Shown in pieces: positions 17,908 to 27,808 of a stretch of 32,000 nt of DNA. The notes under the pieces are model-generated. The model ran no database searches and was not told the origin of the DNA. It saw only the letters and a list, made by a program, of their open reading frames with translations. The stretch covers positions 180,001 through 212,000 of the forward strand of contig CAZYLT010000003.1 of NCBI GenBank assembly GCA_964648855.1. The letters are read 5' to 3'. The stretch comes from an uncultured archaeon. GTDB lineage: Archaea > Asgardarchaeota > Thorarchaeia > Thorarchaeales > Thorarchaeaceae. Within the stretch, counting starts at the first letter, position 1. Each line of letters opens with the position of its first letter. The translations under genes were made by a program, and so were the position numbers.

Positions 17908-18384
17908 ATTCGTAGAGCTGAACTTAGTGAAGTAGATGAGGTCAAGGAGATCATAAAAGAGGCCTACGCCGGTGTGAAGAAGCAACTATCGAGACAACCT
18001 GGTGCATTGAAGGAAGGACTCGATAAAATTGCTCGGATGATCCAGGTTGGTAACCAGTATGTAGCTTTGATGGGAAGCAAGATCGTGGGAGTGATGAGAG
18101 TAGAGCTACGTGGTGGTGTAGGTGTGATTAGTCGCGTAGCAGTTCGTCCTGAATACAGAAAGCGCCGCATTGGTACTCTATTAGTCGAATACGGAGAAAA
18201 TCTCTTAGAGCATTCAAACGCTTCTTGCATTGAAATTGATGTCTATGGCGCCATTGAACAACAAAAGGAATTCTATGAAAATATGGGCTACGAGGAGATT
18301 GATAAGACTAAGCGAGAGGCCGAAGAAATCGTTGTGATGAGAAAGGACCTATGTGAAGACGAACTAGTTGAGGACGAGCTCTAA
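17908..18384 (+). CDS. GNAT family N-acetyltransferase (start uncertain: ATT 17908, frameshifted ATG 17877, or GTG 17974)
   Basis: ISRVAVRPEYRKRRIGTLL and EFYENMGY. The frame stays open upstream of 17974 and encodes the typical GNAT N-terminus 'IRRAELSEVDEVKEIIKEAY'. Confidence 0.85.
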   Translation: MRRAELSEVDEVKEIIKEAYAGVKKQLSRQPGALKEGLDKIARMIQVGNQYVALMGSKIVGVMRVELRGGVGVISRVAVRPEYRKRRIGTLLVEYGENLLEHSNASCIEIDVYGAIEQQKEFYENMGYEEIDKTKREAEEIVVMRKDLCEDELVEDEL

Positions 18385-19463
18385 GGTATAATCTCGCACC
18401 CATTATTGAATTCAGGATAGTCAAAGGATTCAAGTTCTATTGTGTTCTGTTGTATCAGCTCTGTTACGGTGGGAGCTGCCATTTTCAGAGTGTTCACGAG
18501 GTGGAATACGGTATCACAAATCTTGCTAAAGCCATTCTCGCCCCAAAGCCTCTGTCGGTTCGCGAATAGGCATCGTCCGCCGCACAAATCGTATATTTCA
18601 CATGATGGGCAAGGTTCTTGGACTTTCATAATATTTCTGAGTTCTTGGGGCTTAGTAGTCCAAATATCTCCGACAATTGAAAACTCCCAGTCTGGAGATA
18701 TCGGACAGATTCCAATGGAACCATCAACATGTATTGCGAATGTATCAATACCCGAACCACATCTAAGCGATGAACTTCCACCAGTGAGAATATCTCTCAT
18801 TATTGGCAGGAACGGAACTATACCTTCTACTTCTCCTCGTTTCATTCTTGCGACCCAGTAGTCAACTAGCGCCTCGATACCTGGCTTGTAAGAAGTTTCA
18901 ATCCACTTGTCATAATTTGTCCAGTTCCCCTCAGCATCCCACACGACATTCAATTGCCAATGAACATGGTCAAATCTAGGGTTGGCAAGTTCAAGCAGAT
19001 GCACCACATCGCGATAAATATCAGTCTGTTCAGATACCGCCATTCTCGCAACTATGTCTCCTTGATATCCTATCTCTCTTAACCATCTGACGCTGGAGAG
19101 GACACTATTGTAAATCCCCTTAGACCTATAATAATCGGTTACGAATCTTCTTCCATCAATGGAAACAAGTATGGAATGGAATCTCGTTGCGTATTTGGGA
19201 GCAATCTTGTCAAGATGTGTTGCATTTGTTTGGAGCATAAAACGAGCTTCGGGTGTTTTTTCCATGACTTCCTCAAGCAGCTGAGTCCTAAGAGTTGGTT
19301 CGCCGCCGTAGAACATGATAGTAGTGGATGTTTTATCCTTCTCTAGGAATGAGATCAAATCCTCCAATGGATATGAGATTTCAGTGTCCTTGGTATGCTC
19401 TCCTCCATGACAATAGACGCAGTTGAGATTGCATTTTCTTGTCAATATCAAATGATAGTTCAT
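18381..19463 (-). CDS. Radical SAM/SPASM protein, AF0577 (TIGR04084)-like putative peptide-modifying enzyme
   Basis: CNLNCVYC, FYGGEPTL, LQTNAT and SIDG. SPASM cysteines are CGSG...ICP...CPSC...CGGRC...C. The HWQL motif and the C-terminal GCEIIP match my recollection of this family. Confidence 0.88.
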   Translation of the reverse strand: MNYHLILTRKCNLNCVYCHGGEHTKDTEISYPLEDLISFLEKDKTSTTIMFYGGEPTLRTQLLEEVMEKTPEARFMLQTNATHLDKIAPKYATRFHSILVSIDGRRFVTDYYRSKGIYNSVLSSVRWLREIGYQGDIVARMAVSEQTDIYRDVVHLLELANPRFDHVHWQLNVVWDAEGNWTNYDKWIETSYKPGIEALVDYWVARMKRGEVEGIVPFLPIMRDILTGGSSSLRCGSGIDTFAIHVDGSIGICPISPDWEFSIVGDIWTTKPQELRNIMKVQEPCPSCEIYDLCGGRCLFANRQRLWGENGFSKICDTVFHLVNTLKMAAPTVTELIQQNTIELESFDYPEFNNGCEIIP

Positions 19464-19594
19464 CTATTTGGAACCTTCTTAGGCACGTTTCTCTGCCATT
19501 ATGATGTGACAATAAAGATTCTTGTTTGGTAGTTGTTCTCCCAAATCGCTACGCTTATGACATCTGGGAAACGAAATATCTTGTGGATTGCCAT

Positions 19595-21079
19595 ATGAGG
19601 ATTATTTCAAAATCTAGCCTTGTCGTCATGATGATACTCTTTTTCCCTATGACCACAGGCGTGATGATGGGAATGCAATATCCTCATCCATCATTTGCTA
19701 CTTCCCAATCTGTAACACTTGAAGATGTACCATTTGTGTGGCAGGAAATCAATGGCTTCTGTAATTGGGCAGCTACATCTAGTGCGCTTCAATATATTGG
19801 GGTAGAACTAGACCTGGCTGCGGTATTTGCCTCGTCAACGGTTGGTTTCTCCTATGCATATTTCAAATACAATGATAGTTTGCTCACTTATCCTGGTGTA
19901 ATCTACAAACAGGTTGAGCCCACACAATTTCTCTCTGGTCTATACGGAGTCAATTATACTGTCTACATTGGAGAAAACCTGCCTGGTGGGGATCAGGCAG
20001 AGCAGTTATGGACGAATGAAGGAATTAACGTGGGAAGGATCTCTGGACAGACTGATGCGCTTGAATTGATGAGGAGTACAATTGACCAAGGATACCCTCT
20101 TTTGGTTAGTGTGGACCCTATATGGCTTCCTACAGCTGATTATGATTATCTTCGTGAGAGAGGACTCGGTGGCGGTGGTCATGCCATATTGATTGTGGGA
20201 TACAACAACACTGAGGGCACAGCAACTATCATTGACCCGGGTGTTGGCTCCTTCGGTGACAAATATGGGTATCCCGATGATGGTCGAGGTAATTACACGA
20301 CAATCACATATTCACAACTCTCAACAGCGTGGAGCAGCAGATACTACATAAGCGAGCTATTCCGGCCTGGGTTGGAGTCCCATGAAGATATTGCGGATTC
20401 ACTGGGACCTGCGATTCGCGATAAGCTTCTGGGTGTAGGTTCTGCATACGCTCCTAGCAGCTCTAGTGCTTTTCTTTGGAGCTTTGGCGAGGCTGCCTTC
20501 AGAAAGATGGGTGAGGACTTAGATCAAAGCAGTATTCTTGAATTTCTCTCCATTTTCGACAGTGTTGAAGACGAAAAAGCATTCAAGAGAGCAGCTTTGG
20601 TTTTTATGGGGATTGGTATAGAGAGCTCACTGACTCTTCAGTACTTGGCATTCAGAACAGCAGCTGAAGCGCTTCTGAAGATAGTCCCGGAACTTCATGA
20701 AACTGGTTTCCCTGGTGCAGCGGCTGAAGCAATTAGTTCACTGGCTGCATTATCCAGCAATTCTACTCTGATATATCCTGGGAACACAAGCAGGATAGAC
20801 GGTTTAGTTTCATCAACCTTTGCAGGTATCTCTTCAGAACTCAATTCAACGGGGAATTTAGAATCCTCCCTCGAATCCTACTCCGAGGAATTGAATGCGA
20901 TTTCAAATTACCTTGAAGAAACTGCAGATGCATGGCTGTTGGCAGGAAATGAAATCTCGGAAATTTGGCCTTCGAGTCCGTTATCAACGATGACTGTCTA
21001 TCTAGCAATTGGAGGAATAGCTGTCCTGATTGCCGTAGTTGGGATTTGGTTCTATGTCTTCAAGAAGCCGACTCAGTAA
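19595..21079 (+). CDS. Secreted, C-terminally anchored papain-fold protein (peptidase C39-like / BtrH-like)
   Basis: Signal peptide from ATG 19595. The putative catalytic set is Q/C/H/D: WQEINGFCNWAA, GHAILIVGYN, IIDPG. A helical C-domain is followed by a TM helix and KK. Confidence 0.8.
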   Translation: MRIISKSSLVVMMILFFPMTTGVMMGMQYPHPSFATSQSVTLEDVPFVWQEINGFCNWAATSSALQYIGVELDLAAVFASSTVGFSYAYFKYNDSLLTYPGVIYKQVEPTQFLSGLYGVNYTVYIGENLPGGDQAEQLWTNEGINVGRISGQTDALELMRSTIDQGYPLLVSVDPIWLPTADYDYLRERGLGGGGHAILIVGYNNTEGTATIIDPGVGSFGDKYGYPDDGRGNYTTITYSQLSTAWSSRYYISELFRPGLESHEDIADSLGPAIRDKLLGVGSAYAPSSSSAFLWSFGEAAFRKMGEDLDQSSILEFLSIFDSVEDEKAFKRAALVFMGIGIESSLTLQYLAFRTAAEALLKIVPELHETGFPGAAAEAISSLAALSSNSTLIYPGNTSRIDGLVSSTFAGISSELNSTGNLESSLESYSEELNAISNYLEETADAWLLAGNEISEIWPSSPLSTMTVYLAIGGIAVLIAVVGIWFYVFKKPTQ

Positions 21080-21084
21080 AGCGT

Positions 21085-23238
21085 TCATCTCTTCCGTCTG
21101 AATACAACAATGGCCATAATCAAGAGGATGACTGCGGCGATACCTCCTGCAAATATGAGGGTACTCATGTCTATGGCATTTCCCGTTGTTGTTGGGTTCC
21201 TTGAATAAGATCCGGAGGCAATGATTGCTTGATTATCCCAGATATCAGTTGCAGACAGCTCCCATATGACAGTATCAGCTGTTACACGGGCTGGAATAGT
21301 TGCCTCATATCCAGAAGGTTGCAAAACCATTAACTGGCTACCTGTGAAATTTATGTTTCCGACCTGATAGATATATGACAATCTCACATTGGCGATTTTG
21401 CTTCTATCATCCACGAAGGCTCGAAATACAACTGACTCTGCAGGGATTGGGTCATCAGGCGCTATGGCTAATGTTCGAAGAGTTGGGGCTTCAGTGTCTA
21501 CTTGGGGGTAATACTCTGGATTTCTTTGCAAGCTGAGAAAAGAACCACTCTCAAACTCGGAATACACATATGGACCAGAACCAACAACGTCCTCGATATT
21601 GGGCTGCCAAGAATAGGGATCCCTGCCCTTCCATATATGTTCTGCAAGAATTGGCAGCGCTCCAAGATATCTAAATGAAAATGTGTCATGGATTTCATAT
21701 TCGACTCCTGCAACATAATCGCCTGAAACCCTTACACCTGCAATATCTTGCGCATAGCTAGTTAGTGATTTATTGGCATAGTACTCGAATGTGAATCGGT
21801 AGTCTTGTGCGTTCATGCCAGTTCCGTCAGTCCAATTTGCATTGGGATCGCAGTAATAGGTTGAACGTGATTGGTTTCTTGTCAGGTCTGGTACCGTTCC
21901 CAAGAAGTCAATCTCCCAAGACGTGGCATGACGGGGAACAGCAGACCCATCCGGTTTCGAAGCAATGGGAGTATCGAATACCAATAGATATGGATTGAAT
22001 CGTTGACCAACTAACCATGAACTATCCACTGGTATATTCCCAGTAAAGGGATTTGGCCCCTGGAAGAAGTCGGTGAAGAAACTTGGCAATACTGCCACAA
22101 TTAAAGGTCGATCGCTTGAGTCTATTGATGTCACAGTTATTGCATTCCATAATCCAAATGCACCCTCTCGGGTATCATTTACCCACCCCTCAAAATTCGT
22201 TTGCGAAAATACAGAGAGCCATCTATTGGCAAATAGAGGTATCACAGGGCTCAAGTCATGAATTGCCATGATCGCCTCCATGCCAATATCAATAGCTGCT
22301 TCAATCGTAACTACATCAAGATATTCTTCTGCTAAATCATCTAATACGGTATCATCTACATTGGCGATATTCTCACCATATTCGTCAATATTGCCACTGT
22401 GAAATGTAGTGGCAGCCCAAGCGAAACCATAACGCGGTAGGTCTTGCTCATAAAGTGCCAAGCTATATGTGGCATTGTGACCCGCTATTTCGTTTTGAAT
22501 GGTTGAAGACTTCAAAGGAGTTAACGATGTGTTCAAGCCTATAGAGAGAAGATTTGAAGTAAGAATTATTGCAGTTTCGTTCATCCCAGGAACATCATAC
22601 GGATACCACACGTTGAAGATTATTTCTGATCCGTTTGGTGCTTCAACAACTCCGTCGTCATCAACATCTAGCATACCTGCGTCAGCCAGTGAATCGAATG
22701 CTGCATCAACATTGCTTGAGTAATAGGCTCCTCCTTGTGTTTCCTCGGGCGAGTATTCATTGCATCGCGGAAGCAAGAAGTCGATCTCATCTGCCGTACC
22801 ATTCATTGCTGATTCAACGATGGCGGTCTTATCAATGCTGTATGCGATAGCCTGTCTTAGATGGTAGTTGCCAAGTGGATAATGGTTGGCGTTCATTGCA
22901 AGCAGATATGAGTTGGTGTCGAAAGCCCATTGATCCTCAATACCGGAATAGCTCTCAAGGGTTTCGTATTGGCTGTGGTTCACGCGGTGACCAAATATAT
23001 CCGCTTCCCCAGTTTGAAGTGCACCAATTGCATCCTCAAACGATTCGTATTCAATAACCTGAATCTCATTCACAGCACCCTCATGAAATATCTGGATTGT
23101 ATCTTGTGCTATATTTGGAATATCATCAATCCATTGATTGTTTGAATTGTTGGGGACATGAGTTGAGATGAAAGGTGCCATGGCCAAGAATAGAACAAAT
23201 ACAAATATACTTCGTTCTTTCAATCGGAGATTCTTCAT
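21085..23238 (-). CDS. ABC transporter solute-binding protein, family 5 (OppA/DppA-like), circularly permuted, membrane-anchored
   Basis: ALQTGEADI, LRQAIAYSIDK, ATSWE, WTDG...AQDYRFTF and VGSGPY...LQRNPEYY. C-terminal Ig-like domain, TM helix and RRKR. Confidence 0.88.
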   Translation of the reverse strand: MKNLRLKERSIFVFVLFLAMAPFISTHVPNNSNNQWIDDIPNIAQDTIQIFHEGAVNEIQVIEYESFEDAIGALQTGEADIFGHRVNHSQYETLESYSGIEDQWAFDTNSYLLAMNANHYPLGNYHLRQAIAYSIDKTAIVESAMNGTADEIDFLLPRCNEYSPEETQGGAYYSSNVDAAFDSLADAGMLDVDDDGVVEAPNGSEIIFNVWYPYDVPGMNETAIILTSNLLSIGLNTSLTPLKSSTIQNEIAGHNATYSLALYEQDLPRYGFAWAATTFHSGNIDEYGENIANVDDTVLDDLAEEYLDVVTIEAAIDIGMEAIMAIHDLSPVIPLFANRWLSVFSQTNFEGWVNDTREGAFGLWNAITVTSIDSSDRPLIVAVLPSFFTDFFQGPNPFTGNIPVDSSWLVGQRFNPYLLVFDTPIASKPDGSAVPRHATSWEIDFLGTVPDLTRNQSRSTYYCDPNANWTDGTGMNAQDYRFTFEYYANKSLTSYAQDIAGVRVSGDYVAGVEYEIHDTFSFRYLGALPILAEHIWKGRDPYSWQPNIEDVVGSGPYVYSEFESGSFLSLQRNPEYYPQVDTEAPTLRTLAIAPDDPIPAESVVFRAFVDDRSKIANVRLSYIYQVGNINFTGSQLMVLQPSGYEATIPARVTADTVIWELSATDIWDNQAIIASGSYSRNPTTTGNAIDMSTLIFAGGIAAVILLIMAIVVFRRKR

Positions 23239-23348
23239 ATCGCTTATACCCCATTCTATCTAGTGGCAATACTGCACGAAAACTGCCTGAAAATAAGAGT
23301 ATGGGATGACGCGTTTTTTTTGGTGGAGCTTGTCTATTTCATCAAAAC

Positions 23349-25454
23349 TCATTCAGAGCTAAGAAGGTCAATCATCTTTGAAACATCATTAGTTGGAAGC
23401 TTGCAATTATGCTCGATGCACACGTGAGCAGTTGCCTTTCCATCGACTGCATCATAGTATCGGGTGTACGGGGCAAGTTCCGCTATTTCCTCATCTATTT
23501 TCCCACCAGGTTTGTATATGACTACCTTGGTCGGCATGTAATGGGCTCTCAGCGCATCAAACATTTTTTCTGTTTGTTCATCTGACGTGCTACCTGCAAT
23601 GACTAATTCGAATGAGGGGCCGAGGGAATAATCCAAGGCAGCCAGCATCCAAGAGAATCCTGCTCCGCTATTACTGATGCTAACACCGAAGCTTCTGATG
23701 GTCTCTTCTGCCATATCTTCTAGACGAGCATCTCCGGACAATCTAGAAAGTCTCACCAGATCAAGAGCAGCAGCAGAATTGCCTGAGGGAATCGCTCCAT
23801 CATATCCGTCTTTATTTCGCGTGAGTAGCTCCTCTGAATCATGGCTGGAGAAATAGAAGCCGCCCTCTTTGTTATCCAGAAACTTCTCTTCCATCTCTTC
23901 CGCCAATTCCAAGCCAAGCCGCAGGTACTTCGGTTTGAATGTGCTTTCATACAGCTCGATTATCCCCCATATTAGGAACGCGTAGTCGTCCAAGAATGCA
24001 TCAACATCTGCCTCATTATCCCGATATCTATGGAGTAACTGGCCTTCATCTTTTCTCATTCTCGATAGTATGAAGTCTAGCGCTTTCTCTGCTTGAGTCA
24101 CATAGTGAGGAACACCAATAACGCGGCCCGCCTTCGCAAGTGCCGCGATAGTGAGTCCGTTCCAATCAGTCAGAATCTTATCGTCGAGATGTGGTCGTAC
24201 CCGCTTCTCTCTCGTTTCGAGAAGCTTGATTCTTATTCTGTCCATCAGGGCAATGTAAGTATCAAAATCCAATCCAAGTTGTTCCGCAATTTTCTCTTCA
24301 TCATGAGTCAGATGCGGGATATTGGCTCCTGTCCTTTCCTTCGTGGCTTCATCCCTGAAATTTCCGTTTTCGGAGATATTGTATGCCTTCGCAAAAAGTT
24401 CTGTTTCTTCCTCTGATAGAGCATGCTCAATTTCCTGCTTAGTCCATACATAGAACTTCCCCTCTTTTCCCTCGCTGTCAGCATCTTCTGCTGAATAGAA
24501 CGCACCTTGTACATCCATCATATCTCTCTGCAGATAGTCTATAATTTCATGTACGGTTTCGGCGTAGTTCTCATTTTTCGTAGCTTGATAGGCTTCTGTG
24601 TATGCTAGGATAAACATGGCTTGATCATAGAGCATCTTCTCGAAATGGGGGAGTAGCCAACGCACATCAGTTGAATATCTGTGAAAGCCATAACCAATAT
24701 GATCGAATATCCCCCCCAACCTCATTTTTTCTAGTGTCTTTTCGACCATGTGTAGCGCCCATGGGTCTTTGCTCCTCTTCCAGAATCTGAGCAAGAAAAT
24801 TAGATTATGCGGAGAGGGGAATTTTGGCGCCTGTCCGAAACCACCGTTCTCTTCATCGAATCGTTGTGAATATACATGAAATGCATCATCAATCGTTGAG
24901 CGGTCTAGTCTTCTTTCACCCATAGTCGATGGTTTCTGTGCTAGGGCTTGCTTTATTTGACTTGTAACATCCGATACTCTTCCTTGGTCCCCTTCCCAAA
25001 GCTGCTGGATTTTCGGTATCAAATCCAACATCCCGCCTTGGTTGAGCCTTCCTTTTTTCGGAATGTATGTTGCGGCGAAGAAAGGCTCCTTCTCAGGTGT
25101 CATTATAATGGTGAGAGGCCAGCCTCCACGACCAGACATCATTTGAGCCACTTGCATGTATGTCTTGTCGATATCCGGTCGTTCCTCTCTATCAACCTTG
25201 ATATTTACAAAAGCCTCATTCATCAGCTCAGCCACTTCCTCGTCCTCAAAGGACTCTTTCTCCATCACATGGCACCAATGGCAAGTGGAGTACCCAATTG
25301 AAAGGAAGATTGGTTTATTCTCTTCTTTTGCTTTAGAGAAAGCCTCCTCGCCCCAAGGATACCAATCTACTGGATTATGAGCATGCTGCAATAGGTACGG
25401 GCTCTTTTCATGGATAAGTCGGTTACTATGTTTTGATTCACTCATGCTGTTCAT
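23349..25454 (-). CDS. yyaL: Thioredoxin-domain protein YyaL / SSP411 (DUF255 plus six-hairpin glycosidase-like domain)
   Basis: [78 protein letters not shown]. Confidence 0.96.
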   Translation of the reverse strand: MNSMSESKHSNRLIHEKSPYLLQHAHNPVDWYPWGEEAFSKAKEENKPIFLSIGYSTCHWCHVMEKESFEDEEVAELMNEAFVNIKVDREERPDIDKTYMQVAQMMSGRGGWPLTIIMTPEKEPFFAATYIPKKGRLNQGGMLDLIPKIQQLWEGDQGRVSDVTSQIKQALAQKPSTMGERRLDRSTIDDAFHVYSQRFDEENGGFGQAPKFPSPHNLIFLLRFWKRSKDPWALHMVEKTLEKMRLGGIFDHIGYGFHRYSTDVRWLLPHFEKMLYDQAMFILAYTEAYQATKNENYAETVHEIIDYLQRDMMDVQGAFYSAEDADSEGKEGKFYVWTKQEIEHALSEEETELFAKAYNISENGNFRDEATKERTGANIPHLTHDEEKIAEQLGLDFDTYIALMDRIRIKLLETREKRVRPHLDDKILTDWNGLTIAALAKAGRVIGVPHYVTQAEKALDFILSRMRKDEGQLLHRYRDNEADVDAFLDDYAFLIWGIIELYESTFKPKYLRLGLELAEEMEEKFLDNKEGGFYFSSHDSEELLTRNKDGYDGAIPSGNSAAALDLVRLSRLSGDARLEDMAEETIRSFGVSISNSGAGFSWMLAALDYSLGPSFELVIAGSTSDEQTEKMFDALRAHYMPTKVVIYKPGGKIDEEIAELAPYTRYYDAVDGKATAHVCIEHNCKLPTNDVSKMIDLLSSE

Positions 25455-25539
25455 CTCCCAGCGATGACTAATTACTCTTATTTAATATAGTTAATTAATA
25501 AGGATTGACATCTTTCGTATTCCTAGAAAGGGAGCTGAT

Positions 25540-26463
25540 TTATGCCCGAATTTTGGTGTACGTTCCTTTTTCCTCTCGAATCATTTCCTTTTGGATGAGA
25601 GAGTCTAGGTGGTGTTCAATCATCCACCTTTCAAACTGAAGTTGTACGAAACCTGATAGCGATTTATAGATAATAGGTTCCTCCAAGATTTCATCAATTG
25701 TATGGGCCCCCTTGCTAATTCGCATAAGAACGAAGTCTTCCCTCAGTTCGAAGTGCAATTTATATGATTTTAATGCAGAAACGTAGTCCCTGACAATGGG
25801 CTCCAAAAGATGCCCACTGATTAGAGCCTCGTAGTTTCTGGACTGTATAAGCGAGATTGATCTCTTGAAGTCGTCTATTGATGAATTTGGATGACCGTAA
25901 TAGGGACCAAAATCAGTGCAGTCAATGTCAGCCGCGAATAAGTAGTTTGAATCGGGAAATTCAATGCACATATGGTCTGGTGTGTGTCCCGAAGTAAACA
26001 ATGTTGCTGCTTCTATTCCCCCCAGCGAAAACCGTTCGCCATCAGTCAAGACGAAGTCTACTTCTGATGCATCTAGTGCCCCGTACATCTTTTCGTTTAC
26101 CATGGCTTCCCAGAAGGGACGGATTTTGTGTCCTGAGTGGAAACCCAAAAAGTCCTTCATTTTCTCTTTATCATTAAATAGGGGCGCTGTGATTTCATTC
26201 GCCCATATCTTGCATCCACTGACCCTCTTTAACCTTGCAGCATGAGTAATGTGATCTGGATGAATGTGAGATATAATGATGTTATCAAAATCCCTTTGTT
26301 CAAGATTCCGAGAATGCAGAAATGCCCTCAAATCTTCCAAGCGGCATCCGGGATCAACTATGGACACTTGGTCAGATACAACCACAATTGAATTGCATAA
26401 GGGGAACTTCCCTGCAACTATGGCATACAATTCATGAGTTATCTCGACAACATTTCCCGGCAT
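25540..26463 (-). CDS. Metallo-beta-lactamase fold hydrolase
   Basis: IVDPG, SHIHPDH, GHTPDH, AADID and SGH, with a C-terminal winged-helix-like tail. Confidence 0.92.
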   Translation of the reverse strand: MPGNVVEITHELYAIVAGKFPLCNSIVVVSDQVSIVDPGCRLEDLRAFLHSRNLEQRDFDNIIISHIHPDHITHAARLKRVSGCKIWANEITAPLFNDKEKMKDFLGFHSGHKIRPFWEAMVNEKMYGALDASEVDFVLTDGERFSLGGIEAATLFTSGHTPDHMCIEFPDSNYLFAADIDCTDFGPYYGHPNSSIDDFKRSISLIQSRNYEALISGHLLEPIVRDYVSALKSYKLHFELREDFVLMRISKGAHTIDEILEEPIIYKSLSGFVQLQFERWMIEHHLDSLIQKEMIREEKGTYTKIRA

Positions 26464-26533
26464 GCTCTACTGACCTATTCATACAGGTGGATGTAGGGTG
26501 ATAATCTTATGCCCGCCTCTTGCGGCTGTTGTC

Positions 26534-26929
26534 TTATTCTTGGGTGCTTCTTACCCTGACGTCAGCTGCGCTTCTTACTGATTGTCTCCAGGTTCGAAAG
26601 CTGCCCCATAGAATAGGTATCATCCCAGCAAGCATGAGAAACATTAGCAATAGTGTGTTGACCACGGGTGTTGTGTTTGTTGGAGTTCCTCCCGCGGCGA
26701 AAATATCTAGCCACACTCCCATCATTAGACCTAAGATGGCCGGTACGATTGCTATGGTTAGAACGAGAAATGTAAAGAATGCTCTAGCAGGCGTTGACTG
26801 AATAAATCTGGCAAATACGCCGAGATAGGGGTGTTTCTGCCATTTGCTTCCCTCTTGTACGATCCAGAAGATGACAAATATTACGACAATTACCGCGAAT
26901 GGAATTAGCATGAGTTCGAAGTATACCAT
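26534..26929 (-). CDS. Hypothetical 3-TM membrane protein
   Basis: 131-aa ORF with three hydrophobic segments that fits the gene layout. Confidence 0.8.
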   Translation of the reverse strand: MVYFELMLIPFAVIVVIFVIFWIVQEGSKWQKHPYLGVFARFIQSTPARAFFTFLVLTIAIVPAILGLMMGVWLDIFAAGGTPTNTTPVVNTLLLMFLMLAGMIPILWGSFRTWRQSVRSAADVRVRSTQE

Positions 26930-27078
26930 AGCTGGATTGCTCCCTTTGCAAGTTCATGACTTCCGCAAGTTCTTAACTACTTAAAATTGACGGTTACAGT
27001 CATAATTGACGTTATGAGGGTCACTCAGAAATCGATTAAAAGCGCATCATGTGGAATTCATTCACATAGCTACTCAAC

Positions 27079-27459
27079 CTAGTAGTTATGCTTTTCTTCA
27101 AGGAAGTCAGCGGCGGTTCTCCAGCTTGTGTTTCTCTTGACTTTGTGGGTCTGGTCTGGCTTGGATTTCTTATTTATCTGCTTTCGTGATTTTCTCGACT
27201 TGGAATCCTTCTTATCTGATATAGACTCAATGTAGCTCAAGGGATTTTCGCTGATTTTGGCAGCTTCACTGAGATTATGAATGTATAACGCAATGAAGAA
27301 ATCAATTGATCGAGGATGCACTTTTTCCCGGAGTTTCTTGCAGCCTCTGCAGTCACATTCTTCGAATTCGGCTTCACGTACCTGAGAAGCATCTGTGCCT
27401 TGAAGATAGCGTCTTCTAGCTATCAGATAGAGTAGCATAGATGTATCGACCCTGTCCAT
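27079..27459 (-). CDS. Hypothetical protein with CxCxxC motif and basic tail
   Basis: Probable start is ATG 27459 (MDRVDTSMLLYLIARRRY). It contains ECDCRGC and a Lys/Arg/Ser-rich C-terminus. Confidence 0.65.
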   Translation of the reverse strand: MDRVDTSMLLYLIARRRYLQGTDASQVREAEFEECDCRGCKKLREKVHPRSIDFFIALYIHNLSEAAKISENPLSYIESISDKKDSKSRKSRKQINKKSKPDQTHKVKRNTSWRTAADFLEEKHNY

Positions 27460-27808
27460 TCCTACAATGCCTAAATAAAGTGGTAGGAGATTAATCATTG
27501 GCAATCCGTATGAATATCCTATGACGTAAATAGCACAGATTCGGTAAAGCCCCACTCGATGAGTGGCTCCTCTCTGAAAAATGACTGCGAAACGAAATGA
27601 TTTTTTGGTATCAAGTGAGACAATCCAGCTTGTTTCTTTCTTCTGGAAGGCATTGATATCTCCCCTCTTTGCTCCACAGACACAATTATTGCAACAATCA
27701 GTTATGTCATGGCAATATAAACCACTCAGAGAAGGCCACTCTTGAGGTAGTAGAACGCTTAGTTCGTTACATCTATATTATCAAATGAAAATGCACACTT
27801 AGTGTAGT

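Noticed and set aside
27552-27566. Short dyad CCACTC-GAT-GAGTGG, with further CCACTC copies near 27722-27745
   Set aside because: Six-bp matches are expected by chance, so the support is insufficient.
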